A stretch of 64,000 nt of DNA, from NCBI GenBank assembly GCA_919901745.1, contig CAKKPP010000012.1, positions 23,457 through 87,456 on the forward strand, in the 5' to 3' direction. This document shows, piece after piece, positions 9,776 through 19,559 of the stretch. The notes below the pieces were generated by a model. The model did not search any database. It was given only the letters and a program-made list of their open reading frames with translations, and had not been told where the DNA came from. This stretch comes from Chloroflexota bacterium. GTDB taxonomy: Bacteria > Chloroflexota > Limnocylindria > Limnocylindrales > CSP1-4. Every line of letters starts with the position of its first letter. Positions within the stretch are counted from its first letter, which is position 1. The position numbers were made by a program, and so were the translations under genes.

Positions 9776-10840
9776 ATGAAGGCGTGGCCGGATGACGTTC
9801 CCGGCCGCGTGGTCCGCCCCGATCCACAGGATCCGCAGGATCCGCAGCGGGCCGAAGCCCTCGCCGAGCTGGCGGCATCCGGGATCGATCTGGATCCGTC
9901 GCGCACCAGGGACGACCGCGACGATCGGTCCAAGCCTGACCACGACCATCCCCACCGGCACAGTGAACCTGGCTCTCCGCCGGTCATCGGGATCGTCGGG
10001 GCCGGCGCCGTGGGCACAGCGCTCGGTGTCGCTCTCGGCCGGGCGGGCTGGCCGGTCGCGGCCGTCGCTTCGCGGGACCCCGGGCGCCGTGAGCGCTTCC
10101 GCGCCGCCGTCCCGGGGGCGCGCGCGTTCGCCGAGGCCGCGGCGCTCGTCGACGAGGTCGAGCTCATCATCGTTGCCGTTCCGGACGATGCCATCGCGGT
10201 TCTTGCGGCCTCGCTTCGCCTGTACAGCGGGCAGGCCATGATCCACACGAGCGGGGCCCTCGGCGCCGAGGTCCTGTTCCCTGCGATGGCCGCCGGAACC
10301 CAGGTCGGTGCCTTCCATCCGCTCGTCTCATTCGCGGACACGGAGCGGGCTGTGACGGCCCTGCGCGGAGCCACCATCGCCATCGAAGGCGACGACGACC
10401 TCGCCGCACTCCTGGCGAGGATGGCTGAGGCGCTCGGCGCCGTGCCCGTCCGTCTCACTCCGGGTTCGAAGGCGGCCTACCACGCCGCGGCAGTCCTGGC
10501 TGCGGGCGGGTTTGTCGCGCTCCTCGACGCGATCGTCGAGCTTGGCAAGGTGGCGGGCCTCGACGAGGCGGGTTCCATGGCGATCTACGGCCGCCTGATC
10601 GAGCAGACGTTGGGAAACGCCCGTGCGCTGGGCGTCGCCAGTGCCCTGACCGGACCGATCGCCCGCGGCGACGTCGGAACGCTCGATGCGCATCTCGCCG
10701 CGCTCCGGGCGTCGGCGCCCGCGGTCCTCCCGCTCTATCGTGCCGCGGCCGAGCGGGAGATCGATCTGGCGGTGGGGCGGGGCCTGCTCGCACCGGAGGT
10801 ATCGGCGGAACTGCGAAGATCGCTTGCAAGCGCCGGCTGA
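9776..10840 (+). CDS. Rossmann-fold NAD(P)-binding oxidoreductase, DUF2520-like
   Basis: GIVGAGAVGTALGVALGRAGW is followed by a ProC/ketopantoate-reductase-like C-terminal helical domain. The N-terminal ~60 aa are low-complexity (PQDPQDPQ, DDRDDRSKPDHDHPH). There is no closer in-frame ATG/GTG before the Rossmann motif. Confidence 0.55.
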   Translation: MKAWPDDVPGRVVRPDPQDPQDPQRAEALAELAASGIDLDPSRTRDDRDDRSKPDHDHPHRHSEPGSPPVIGIVGAGAVGTALGVALGRAGWPVAAVASRDPGRRERFRAAVPGARAFAEAAALVDEVELIIVAVPDDAIAVLAASLRLYSGQAMIHTSGALGAEVLFPAMAAGTQVGAFHPLVSFADTERAVTALRGATIAIEGDDDLAALLARMAEALGAVPVRLTPGSKAAYHAAAVLAAGGFVALLDAIVELGKVAGLDEAGSMAIYGRLIEQTLGNARALGVASALTGPIARGDVGTLDAHLAALRASAPAVLPLYRAAAEREIDLAVGRGLLAPEVSAELRRSLASAG

Positions 10841-10857
10841 CGCGGTACCATTGGCGC

Positions 10858-11003
10858 CCATGGAGCACAGCATCGCGGCCCGTTACGCCATCCTGCCGAA
10901 AGCCCGCTTCGTTCAGCCGTCGTCGCGCGCACGTGAGCGCCGCCTCGGCCTGCCGAAGAGCAGCTTTCAGGCCGCCCCCACCCGCGTGACGGTCCTCCGT
11001 CAC
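10858..11003 (+). promoter_or_regulatory. candidate tandem glycine riboswitch plus terminator hairpin upstream of the gcv operon
   Basis: Two copies of a CTGCCGAA(A/G)GNNC ... TTCAG(G)CCG pattern resemble the GCCGAAGGAGCAA / CUCAGGC cores of glycine aptamers. They are followed by hairpin GTGACGGTCCTCCGTCAC (10986-11003). The element is located 5' of NUDIX-gcvTHP. This was judged by eye only, with no covariance model run. Confidence 0.35.
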
Positions 11004-11167
11004 GCCGAGCCGAGTTCGCTCCAGCGGCTCCGCGCCAGTGGGCGCTCGCTGCACGTGGCCGCGCCGCGCCCGCTCACGTCGGGCGGACCGCGTCCGTCCG
11101 TTGCCTATCGCTGGACTCGAGCTGCGCGGACCGGGCCGGTTCGCAAGCTGAGCGCCGCGACGGCGCC

Positions 11168-11659
11168 GTGGCCCGGCTGAGGTCGGTCACCGCGACATCC
11201 GCCGGCGGGATCGTCGTTCGAATCGGGGACGGGGGGCCGGAGATCGTCGTCGGCATGCGCCGTCGCGAGCACGGCGTCACCTGGACCCTTCCCAAGGGCA
11301 CGCCCGAGTCGGGTGAGACCGTCGAGCAGACCGCTCTTCGGGAGGTCGGCGAGGAGAGCGGCCTCGACGTGGAGATCGTCGAGCGCCTCCCATCGATCGA
11401 GTACTCGTTCGTCCAGCACGGAACGCGGATCAACAAGACCGTCCATTACTTCCTGATGGATCCGATCGGCGGCGATCTGGATCGGCACGATCACGAATTC
11501 GCCGACGTCCGCTGGATGCCCTTCGGTGATGCGCAGCGCCTGCTCAGCTTCGAGACCGAGCGGGGCCTCGTCGGCCGCGCCGAGGTTGTCGTCGGGGAGC
11601 GACTGGCATCGGCCGCCGGGCGCTCGGGCCGGGTCGCTCCGAGCGAGGCGGGCGCCTGA
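11168..11659 (+). CDS. NUDIX hydrolase
   Basis: Nudix box GTPESGETVEQTALREVGEESGL is present. GTG start. The stop lies 3 nt before gcvT. Confidence 0.8.
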   Translation: MARLRSVTATSAGGIVVRIGDGGPEIVVGMRRREHGVTWTLPKGTPESGETVEQTALREVGEESGLDVEIVERLPSIEYSFVQHGTRINKTVHYFLMDPIGGDLDRHDHEFADVRWMPFGDAQRLLSFETERGLVGRAEVVVGERLASAAGRSGRVAPSEAGA

Positions 11660-11662
11660 AGG

Positions 11663-12775
11663 ATGGCCGACGGCGACCCCGATCTGCGCCAGACGCCGCT
11701 CGTCGCGATCCATCGGGCACTGGGAGCCCGCCTCATCGAGTTCGGGGGCTGGCTCATGCCGGTCCAGTACGGTGGGATCCTCGAGGAGCATCGGGCGGTT
11801 CGTGAACGAGCCGGGCTGTTCGACCTGTCGCACATGGGCGAGCTGTTCGTCGATGGAGCCGGTGCCGGCGATGGGTTGGCCCACGCGCTGATCAGCGACC
11901 CACGGGCCCTGGCGATCGGGCGTGCCCACTACTCCATGCTCTGTGCATCCGACGGCGGCATCGTCGACGACCTCATCGTGTACCGGCTGGCCGAACAGAG
12001 TTTCCTCGTGGTGGCCAACGCCGCCAACGCCGCGGTCGTCAGCGACGAGCTCGCGGACCGGCTCGCCGGGTATGCGGCCGTCCTCGACGATCGGTCCCTC
12101 GACACGGCCCTGGTCGCCATCCAGGGACCACGCGCAGCGGCCGTCCTGTCTCCGCTGACGACGGTGTCCCTCGACGCGCTGCGCTATTACGCGATTGGGG
12201 AAGGGACCGTCGCCGGCATTCCGGCGCTCGTTGCCCGGACCGGATATACCGGAGAGGACGGCTTCGAGGTCTTCATCGACTGGAACAAGGGCGAGGCTGT
12301 CTGGAACGCCCTGGCGGCCGCCGGGAGCGACGCCGGCGTCATGGCGTGCGGACTGGGTGCCCGCGACACCCTGCGCCTCGAGGCCGGGATGCCGCTGTAC
12401 GGTAACGAGCTGGACCGGGCCACCAATCCGTATGAGGCCGGCCTCGGCCGTACGGTCAAGCTTGACAAGCCGGGTGACTTCGTCGGCCGCACGGCGCTGG
12501 AGAAGGCGAACCGCGATGAGCCGACCAGGCGCCTCGTCGGCCTGTCCGTGACGGGCCGGGGCATCGCCCGGCATGGGCACCGGGTGTTGGTCGGGGATCG
12601 CGTGTCCGGAGTCGTGACCAGTGGAACCCACTCGCCGACGCTCGGCCACGCGATCGCGATGGCCTACATCGCGCCGTCCGACGCGGAGCCGGGTACCATG
12701 GTCGCCGTCGAGATCCGCGATCAGCCGGTTGCCGCGGAAGTCGTCCAGCTCCCGTTCTATCGACGGCAGCGCTGA
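11663..12775 (+). CDS. gcvT: glycine cleavage system T protein (aminomethyltransferase)
   Basis: 370-aa protein with [34 protein letters not shown], the canonical GcvT. Confidence 0.95.
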   Translation: MADGDPDLRQTPLVAIHRALGARLIEFGGWLMPVQYGGILEEHRAVRERAGLFDLSHMGELFVDGAGAGDGLAHALISDPRALAIGRAHYSMLCASDGGIVDDLIVYRLAEQSFLVVANAANAAVVSDELADRLAGYAAVLDDRSLDTALVAIQGPRAAAVLSPLTTVSLDALRYYAIGEGTVAGIPALVARTGYTGEDGFEVFIDWNKGEAVWNALAAAGSDAGVMACGLGARDTLRLEAGMPLYGNELDRATNPYEAGLGRTVKLDKPGDFVGRTALEKANRDEPTRRLVGLSVTGRGIARHGHRVLVGDRVSGVVTSGTHSPTLGHAIAMAYIAPSDAEPGTMVAVEIRDQPVAAEVVQLPFYRRQR

Positions 12776-12867
12776 TCAACTGGACCGCCGGTTTCGACGG
12801 TCACGGTGTGTCGGCCGGCCATCCACCTCGCCCGCCCGATGTTGCCTTGAGGAGGTCTCCGCGTTCG

Positions 12868-13248
12868 ATGAACCCAACGGACCTGCGCTACACCAAGGAC
12901 CATGAGTGGGTCCGCGTCGAGGGCGATTCAGCGACGATCGGGATCACCCAGTTCGCCACCGAGCAGCTCGGGGACATCGTGTACGTCGAGCTACCGGCCG
13001 TCGGTTCATCGCTGCAACAGGGGGCGGTCTTCGGGGTGGTCGAGTCGGTCAAGGCGGTGAGCGACCTGTTCGCCCCACTGTCCGGCGAGGTGGTTGCATC
13101 CAACGATGCGTTGTCGGGCCAGCCCGAGCTCGTCAACCAGGACCCGTTCGGAACGGGCTGGATGATCCGCGTGCGCCTGGCCGATGCCGGAGAGCCGGAC
13201 GCGCTCCTCGATGCGGCGGCATACGACGCCCTGAGCGCAGAGGCGTAG
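12868..13248 (+). CDS. gcvH: glycine cleavage system H protein
   Basis: ATG at 12868 with GGAGG 12 nt upstream. The ORF track starts 60 nt earlier. Lipoyl-lysine motif ESVKAVSDL and the [12 protein letters not shown] start are present. Confidence 0.9.
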   Translation: MNPTDLRYTKDHEWVRVEGDSATIGITQFATEQLGDIVYVELPAVGSSLQQGAVFGVVESVKAVSDLFAPLSGEVVASNDALSGQPELVNQDPFGTGWMIRVRLADAGEPDALLDAAAYDALSAEA

Positions 13249-13255
13249 CCGGTCG

Positions 13256-14695
13256 ATGCCCTACGGACCGCACACCGCGCCCGACCGGGAGCGGATGCTG
13301 ACGGCGCTCGGCCTGTCCAGCGTCGACGAACTGTTTCTCGACATCCCGGAAGCACTCCGAGCCTCCCCCCTTCGACTGCCCGATCCCGAGCCCGAGCTGG
13401 AGCTCGCGACGCGCCTGCGCGGACTGGCCGCGCGGAACCGGGTTGACCTCGTCTCCTTCCTGGGCGCGGGTGTCTACCGCCACTACACGCCGGCCGCCGT
13501 GGACCAGATGCTGCTGCGCGGTGAGTGGTACACGGCCTACACGCCGTATCAGCCGGAGGTCAGCCAGGGCACGCTCCAGAGCATCTACGAATACGAATCG
13601 CTCATCGCCGAACTCGTCGGCCTGGAGATCGTGTCCGCGTCTCACTACGACGGGGCCGCGGCGACGGCCGAGGCCGCACTCATGACCTGCCGCGCGACCC
13701 GTCGTGAGCGGGTCCTGGTCAGCCACGCCGTCCATCCCCACTACCGCGAGACGATGCGGACCTACTTCGGCAGCGGCCTCCAGCTCGATGAGATCCCGCT
13801 CGTCGCCGAGGGCCCGTACGCCGGGACCACCGACCTCGATGCGCTCGAGCGGCTCCTGGGTGATCCCGAGCGGCCGGTCGCCGGTGTTCTTGCGGCACAG
13901 CCCAACTTCTACGGCCTGCTCGAGTCGATGTCGGCGATCGGCGCGCTGACCCATGCCGCCGGTGCCCTGTTCGTCGCCGTCGTGGAGCCGGTGTCGCTGG
14001 CCGTGCTCGAGCCGCCCGGTGTCTACGGCGCCGACATCGCATCCGGCGAGGGGCAGCCGCTGGGCATCGCCCCGCAGTACGGCGGCCCCTATCTCGGGAT
14101 CCTCGCGTGCACCGAACCGCTCGTCCGGCAGATCCCCGGGCGCCTCGTCGGGATGACCACGGACGTCCGCGGCCAGCGCGCCTTCGTGATGACGATGCGC
14201 GCGCGCGAACAGGACATCCGGCGCGACAAGGCCGCGTCCAACATCTGCACCAATCAGGCCCTCCTGGCGCTTGCGGCCAGCATCTACCTGGCGACGATCG
14301 GACCCCACGGGCTGCGCGATGTGGCCGCAAACGGGGCGGCCCGGGCATCCGAGCTGGAGGCTGCGCTCGCGGCGCTCGGGATCGAGCGGCTGCATGCCGC
14401 GCCCTACCTGAACGAGTTTGCGATCCGCGTCCCGGATGCCCGGGCCGTGCATCGCCGCCTGCTCGACCGGGGGATCCTCGGCGGGCTGGTCCTGGCCGAC
14501 GTCGAACCGACCGACCCGAGCGTCGCCGACGCCCTCCTCGTGTGCGCGACCGAGATCACCACGAGCGCCGACATCGCCCGATTTGCGACGGCCCTCGCCG
14601 ACGTCCTCGGGGGGCGTTCGCCGGTGACCATCGAGGCCGCGGTCGCCATCGATGGGAGCGGTGTCTCGACCGCTGGTCGGATGGCCGGGCGATGA
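13256..14695 (+). CDS. gcvPA: glycine dehydrogenase (decarboxylating) subunit 1
   Basis: 479-aa protein in the split P-protein N-terminal subunit family (YTPYQPEVSQGTLQ). Confidence 0.95.
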   Translation: MPYGPHTAPDRERMLTALGLSSVDELFLDIPEALRASPLRLPDPEPELELATRLRGLAARNRVDLVSFLGAGVYRHYTPAAVDQMLLRGEWYTAYTPYQPEVSQGTLQSIYEYESLIAELVGLEIVSASHYDGAAATAEAALMTCRATRRERVLVSHAVHPHYRETMRTYFGSGLQLDEIPLVAEGPYAGTTDLDALERLLGDPERPVAGVLAAQPNFYGLLESMSAIGALTHAAGALFVAVVEPVSLAVLEPPGVYGADIASGEGQPLGIAPQYGGPYLGILACTEPLVRQIPGRLVGMTTDVRGQRAFVMTMRAREQDIRRDKAASNICTNQALLALAASIYLATIGPHGLRDVAANGAARASELEAALAALGIERLHAAPYLNEFAIRVPDARAVHRRLLDRGILGGLVLADVEPTDPSVADALLVCATEITTSADIARFATALADVLGGRSPVTIEAAVAIDGSGVSTAGRMAGR

Positions 14696-16191
14696 GCGTC
14701 ACCGGCCCGCGCCTCCAGCCGACCCTGTTCGAGCGATCTCGCCCGGGCCGTGGCGGCGGCAAGATTCCACATCCGCCAAAGGACGCCCTGGACCGGATCC
14801 CGCCCGCGCATCGGCGGTCCGAGCCGCCCGCGCTCCCGGAACTGAACGAGCCAGAGGTCGTTCGCCACTACGTCAACCTGTCCCATCTCAATTTCGCCGT
14901 GGACACGGGTTTCTATCCGCTCGGCTCGTGCACGATGAAGTTCAACCCCAAGTTGAACGAGTGGGCGGCCCGGCTGCGCGGGTTCGCCGAGCTTCACCCG
15001 ATGGTTCCCGACCAGGTTGCCCAGGGCACTCTGCAGCTGCTGCACGACCTGGAGTCGGCGCTTGCCGAGATCAGCGGGATGCGGGCCGTGACCCTGCAAC
15101 CGGCGGCCGGCGCCCAGGGCGAACTCACCGGGATCCTCATGATCCGCGCCTACCACCGAAGCCGCGGCGACTTCGAGCGCATGGACGTGCTCGTCCCCGA
15201 CTCGTCGCACGGGACCAATCCGGCGACGGCCTCCATGGCCGGCTTCCGCACGATCACGATTCCATCAGCGGCCGACGGCGGCGTGGACATCGCCGCGTTC
15301 ACGTCGGCGCTCGGGCCGACGACGGCCGCCGTCATGATCACGAATCCGTCCACGCTCGGGCTCTTCGAGACGCGGATCGGCGAGTTGCTCGATGCGGTCC
15401 GCGAGGCGGGTGCGCTGGCGTATATGGATGGCGCCAACCTGAACGCGATTCTGGGTCGCTTCAAGCCCGGCGAAGCCGGCTTCGACGTCATGCACTTCAA
15501 CGTCCACAAGACGTTCTCGACGCCGCACGGCGGCGGCGGCCCCGGCGCCGGGCCGGTCGGGGTGGGGGAGCGCCTGGTGCCCTTCCTGCCGGCGCCGCGC
15601 GTCCTGCGCGACGAAGACGGGTCATACCGCCTCGAGCGAACCGGAGAACGGCCGACGTCGATCGGCCGGCTCCGCTCGTTCGTGGGCAACACGGGTGTTC
15701 TCGTCCGGGCCTACGCGTACATCCTGGCCCACGGCGCCACGGGCCTGCGCGAGGTGACCGACGACGCCGTCCTGGCCGCCAACTACCTCAAGCACCGCCT
15801 CCGCGACGCCTTCGACATTCCCTACGATCGCGCCTGCAAACATGAATTTGTCGCGTCCGCGTCGACGATCAAGAAGGACACGGGGGTGCGCACGCTGGAT
15901 ATCGCCAAGCGGCTCATCGATTTCGGCTATCACCCGCCGACGATCTACTTCCCGCTCATCGTCGACGAGGGGATGCTGATCGAGCCGACCGAGACGGAAT
16001 CGCTCGAGATGCTGGATGCGTTTGCCGACACGCTGATCGCGATCGCAGACGAGGCGCGCACGGACCCGGAGATGGTCAGGTCGGCACCGCACACCTCGCC
16101 GGTCGGCCGTCTCGACGAGGCGATGGCGGCCCGGCAGCCGAACCTGCGCTGGCGTCCCATGCGCGGCGCGGAGATGCCCTGCCCGGATTGA
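14692..16191 (+). CDS. gcvPB: glycine dehydrogenase (decarboxylating) subunit 2
   Basis: ATG overlaps the gcvPA stop (ATGA). PLP-lysine region HFNVHKTFSTPHGGGGPG is present. The track ORF from 14107 is a read-through artefact. Confidence 0.93.
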   Translation: MSVTGPRLQPTLFERSRPGRGGGKIPHPPKDALDRIPPAHRRSEPPALPELNEPEVVRHYVNLSHLNFAVDTGFYPLGSCTMKFNPKLNEWAARLRGFAELHPMVPDQVAQGTLQLLHDLESALAEISGMRAVTLQPAAGAQGELTGILMIRAYHRSRGDFERMDVLVPDSSHGTNPATASMAGFRTITIPSAADGGVDIAAFTSALGPTTAAVMITNPSTLGLFETRIGELLDAVREAGALAYMDGANLNAILGRFKPGEAGFDVMHFNVHKTFSTPHGGGGPGAGPVGVGERLVPFLPAPRVLRDEDGSYRLERTGERPTSIGRLRSFVGNTGVLVRAYAYILAHGATGLREVTDDAVLAANYLKHRLRDAFDIPYDRACKHEFVASASTIKKDTGVRTLDIAKRLIDFGYHPPTIYFPLIVDEGMLIEPTETESLEMLDAFADTLIAIADEARTDPEMVRSAPHTSPVGRLDEAMAARQPNLRWRPMRGAEMPCPD

Positions 16192-16334
16192 CGAGGAGCC
16201 GAGGATGAACCTCGGCGCTCAATAAGGCGTATGGTCAGTGGGGATCGAATTCGCCTGAGCCGAGGATCGAACCGACGGACGAGCAGCGAGGCCTGACGGC
16301 CGACCCGACGAGCCCGCCATCCGACGCCGAGCTG

Positions 16335-16907
16335 TTGAGGCGAATCCAGGCCGACGACCTCGACGCGTTCGAGATTCTCTTCGAGCGCTACCGATCGAAC
16401 GTCTTTCGGACCGCCTATGGGCTCATGGGCGATCGGGGGGCCGCCGAAGAGGTCCTGATGGACACGTTCGGGCGCGCCTACCGTCACCGCGCGGTGCTCC
16501 GCCTCGAAGTCTCGCCGCTGCCCTGGCTGAATCGGGTCGCCCTGAACCTGTGCTATTCCCGTTACGCTCGTCGCCGGTTGCTGACCCAACCCATCGACGA
16601 CGGCACGGCTGCCATGCTCATGGACGGCGGAGTCCAGCCCGACGCCCTGGCCGAACACGCCGAGTTGCGGCGCTCCGTGCGGCGCGGGATCGCGGCGCTG
16701 CCCGAGAAGCAGCGCCGCGTTATCGTCCTCTACTACCTTCAAGGGCTCAGCCTGCAGGAGACGGCGACCACGCTCGAGTGTCGCCTGGGTACGGTCAAAT
16801 CGCGCCTCCATTACGCAGTGCATGCGCTGCGGACCCACCTCGCAGCCGAATCGCCGGTTGATGGCGCGGCCGGAATGGCCCCGGCCTTCGAGCGGGAACC
16901 CTCATGA
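16335..16907 (+). CDS. ECF-family RNA polymerase sigma factor
   Basis: Region 2 (ELLRRIQADDLDAFEILFERYRSNVFRTAYGLMGD) and region 4 (LPEKQRRVIVLYYLQGLSLQETATTLECRLGTVKSRLHYAV) are present. The only in-frame start in the open frame is TTG at 16335; there is no ATG/GTG upstream. Confidence 0.8.
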   Translation: MRRIQADDLDAFEILFERYRSNVFRTAYGLMGDRGAAEEVLMDTFGRAYRHRAVLRLEVSPLPWLNRVALNLCYSRYARRRLLTQPIDDGTAAMLMDGGVQPDALAEHAELRRSVRRGIAALPEKQRRVIVLYYLQGLSLQETATTLECRLGTVKSRLHYAVHALRTHLAAESPVDGAAGMAPAFEREPS

Positions 16908-17545
16908 GCGCCGTTGAGCGCCTCAGGCGCCGAGGCGACGCCTGCCGCCAGTACCTGCCGGATGTCCTCAGGGCGGTCGAGTTGCGGCTCGACGCCGCCG
17001 GGGAATCCGGGCTGGCGGGTGTCGCCGCGGAGATGGGAGTCGCGGCTCAGGACCACGTGCGACGCTGCCGGGCGTGCCGAGCCGAGGCGACCGAGACGGC
17101 CCTCGTCCTCATCAGGATCCAGCGCTGGGCCCGCGATTCGACGCGGGTCGACGCACCGGCAGAGATGTGGCCGCGCCTGCGCGCGCGGATCGAGGCCTCG
17201 CAGCTGCGCGGCCGTGAGGCCGCGTGGCGTGCGCGTGCCAGCGTCATCGGGCTGATCACGAGCACCCTTGTCGTGGCAATGGCCGTCGGCCCGTTGACGA
17301 TGTCGGGGACGGCCGCCGGGTGGGCTGCGTCGCAGGAGCCGTCGGGTCTTTCCCGTCTCGATCGATTTGTGGGTCAGATCGAGCTGCGCTACGTCCAGCA
17401 GGCCCAGCGTGTTGCCATTCGGCCGTCCGCGACCATCGAGATCGGTGCGACCTCCGGACAGCGATGGTTGCCGGATGGAATCAGGCCAGAAGCCAAGGAG
17501 GTGAGTCCGACACAGTCGACGGGTCGAACCCGTGACGTGAGTTGA
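16904..17545 (+). CDS. membrane-anchored ZAS-type anti-sigma factor (putative)
   Basis: It overlaps the sigma stop (ATGA). An Hx3Cx2C zinc motif (DHVRRCRACRAE) is followed by one TM helix (VIGLITSTLVVAMAVGPL) and a periplasmic tail. Confidence 0.6.
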   Translation: MSAVERLRRRGDACRQYLPDVLRAVELRLDAAGESGLAGVAAEMGVAAQDHVRRCRACRAEATETALVLIRIQRWARDSTRVDAPAEMWPRLRARIEASQLRGREAAWRARASVIGLITSTLVVAMAVGPLTMSGTAAGWAASQEPSGLSRLDRFVGQIELRYVQQAQRVAIRPSATIEIGATSGQRWLPDGIRPEAKEVSPTQSTGRTRDVS

Positions 17546-17714
17546 CACGTATGGGCTCGGTCCGCATAGTACCGGGCAGCGCAGACGCCGCTGCTCACCC
17601 GTGCGCGCAAAACCCCCGTTTCCGACGAGTACCACTCGGTGTCGGGCGGAGGACGCCGCCGGAGCGGTTGTCTGGAGAGTGGGAGATGGCGAGAGCCACA
17701 TTGGAGGATCATTG

Positions 17715-19559
17715 ATGCGGAAACGTCTCTTCGGCCTGCTTGCGACCACGGCGATCGTGTTCGCAGCGTGCCAGGGTGCGGCGACCCCTTCGCCGACCAC
17801 GGGGGCGACCCCGCCACCGGCCACGCCGGAGATCACGCCCACGCCGCCCGACGAGGTCGAGCTGTTCAACAGTGAGTACGCCTCGAAGGTTGAGGCCGGG
17901 ACCGACGGCGGCACTCTGATCATCGGCGACTGGCAGGAAGCCACCCAGTTCAACCCGTTCTACCTGGGCCAGGTCACCGAGGCCAACGTCGCGTCCGCGG
18001 TGTGGGCCAGCCTGATCGTCGCCGCGCACGACTACAAGTACCTTCCGGATCTCGCGGCCGATATCCCGACGACCGACAACGGCGGCGTCAAGGTTCCCGG
18101 TGACGGCGGCGACGCCATGACGATCACCTGGAAGCTGCGCGACGGCCTGAAGTGGTCGGACGGGGCTCCGCTGACCTGCGACGACTTCAAGTACGCGTGG
18201 GAGTGGGTCCTCGATCCGGAGAATGTCGGCGTCATCACCCAGGGATACGAGGACATCACGGCATACGACTGCGCGTCGCCGACCGAGATCGTCCAGCACT
18301 GGAAGACGATCTACTCGTCGTACCTGACCTTCCAGGTCGCTCCGCTCCCGCGGCACTTCCTCTCGAAGATCGCGGTGGCCGACCAGGTCGCCGGCGCCGG
18401 CATGCGGCCGGATGAGATTGTCAGCCTGCCCGTGTCCGGTGCGTTCAAGTTCCAGAGCGTCACCCCCGGTCAGGACCTGCGCCTCGAGCGCAACACCAAC
18501 TACACGAGCACGATCTCGGGCAAGGCGGCCCACCTCGACACGCTCATTTTCAAGTGGTACACGGATGCCGACGCGATGATCGCCGGCTACCGCGGCAATG
18601 AGGTCGACTTCGCGACCGACCTGCAGGACTCCGACCTCGTCAAGGTCACCGATCTCGGCGACCAGGTGTCGGCCATTCCGGCCCTGCTCTACGAGTTCTG
18701 GCGCCCGAACTGGTCGGCGCTCGGCGACTTCGACGCGGCAACCAACGTTGGTGGCTGCTCGCAGAACTCCGCCGTGACCGATCGTGGTGCGCTCTGCCCG
18801 GTCGCCGATCCGGCGGTCCGGCAGGCCGTGTCCACGGCCATCGACAAGGCCGCCATCAACGAGCGCCTGCTGGGCAATTCGGTCCAGCTGGCCAACACGA
18901 ACATCCTGCCCGGCCTGTGGTATTTCTCGGATCAGCCGGCCGCGGCGTACGATCCCGAGAAGTCGAAGGCGACCCTCGAGGCCGCCGGTTGGGTCGACGG
19001 CGACGGCGATGGCGTTCGCGAGAAGGACGGCATCCGCCTGAAGATCGAGCTGTGCACCACCAATCGCCAGGTGCGCATCGACACGCTGACCCTCGGGGCG
19101 GCGTGGCTCCGGGACGTGGGCATCGAAACGGTCGTGAACGCGGTGTCGCCGGCGGATATCTTCGCCGATTACAACGAGTCCACCCGCGAGACGCCGTGCG
19201 TCCTGGCGCACAGCAACTTCGACATCGCGGAGCACGCGTTCTCGTCGTCGTTCGACCCGAACAGTGGCTTCTCGACGTACCACAGCTCGCAGCTGAACCC
19301 CAACGGCGGGAACGACGCTTCCGTCAAGAGCACCGATCTCGATACGGCCCTCGAGGCCGTCCGGGACAACGTCGACTTCACCGTCATTCGTGACGCGATG
19401 GAGACGTTCCAGGTGATCTACGTTCGGGACATCATCGAAATCCCGCTGTACTACCGCAAGAACGTCGAGCTCCATGCTCCGAAGATCGGGAACTTCTTCG
19501 CGAACCCGACCCAGGCCGGCCCGACGTGGAACGCGGTGGACTGGTTCGTCAAGGGGTAG
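17715..19559 (+). CDS. ABC transporter substrate-binding lipoprotein, family 5 (peptide/nickel/opine)
   Basis: ATG at 17715 with GGAGGA upstream. Lipoprotein signal MRKRLFGLLATTAIVFAAC. SBP_bac_5-like body. Confidence 0.85.
   Translation: MRKRLFGLLATTAIVFAACQGAATPSPTTGATPPPATPEITPTPPDEVELFNSEYASKVEAGTDGGTLIIGDWQEATQFNPFYLGQVTEANVASAVWASLIVAAHDYKYLPDLAADIPTTDNGGVKVPGDGGDAMTITWKLRDGLKWSDGAPLTCDDFKYAWEWVLDPENVGVITQGYEDITAYDCASPTEIVQHWKTIYSSYLTFQVAPLPRHFLSKIAVADQVAGAGMRPDEIVSLPVSGAFKFQSVTPGQDLRLERNTNYTSTISGKAAHLDTLIFKWYTDADAMIAGYRGNEVDFATDLQDSDLVKVTDLGDQVSAIPALLYEFWRPNWSALGDFDAATNVGGCSQNSAVTDRGALCPVADPAVRQAVSTAIDKAAINERLLGNSVQLANTNILPGLWYFSDQPAAAYDPEKSKATLEAAGWVDGDGDGVREKDGIRLKIELCTTNRQVRIDTLTLGAAWLRDVGIETVVNAVSPADIFADYNESTRETPCVLAHSNFDIAEHAFSSSFDPNSGFSTYHSSQLNPNGGNDASVKSTDLDTALEAVRDNVDFTVIRDAMETFQVIYVRDIIEIPLYYRKNVELHAPKIGNFFANPTQAGPTWNAVDWFVKG

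Noticed and set aside
10686-11180. 164-aa plus-strand ORF spanning the DUF2520 3' end and the riboswitch region
   Set aside because: It overlaps a confident gene, has low-complexity RS-rich composition, and is better explained as non-coding leader.
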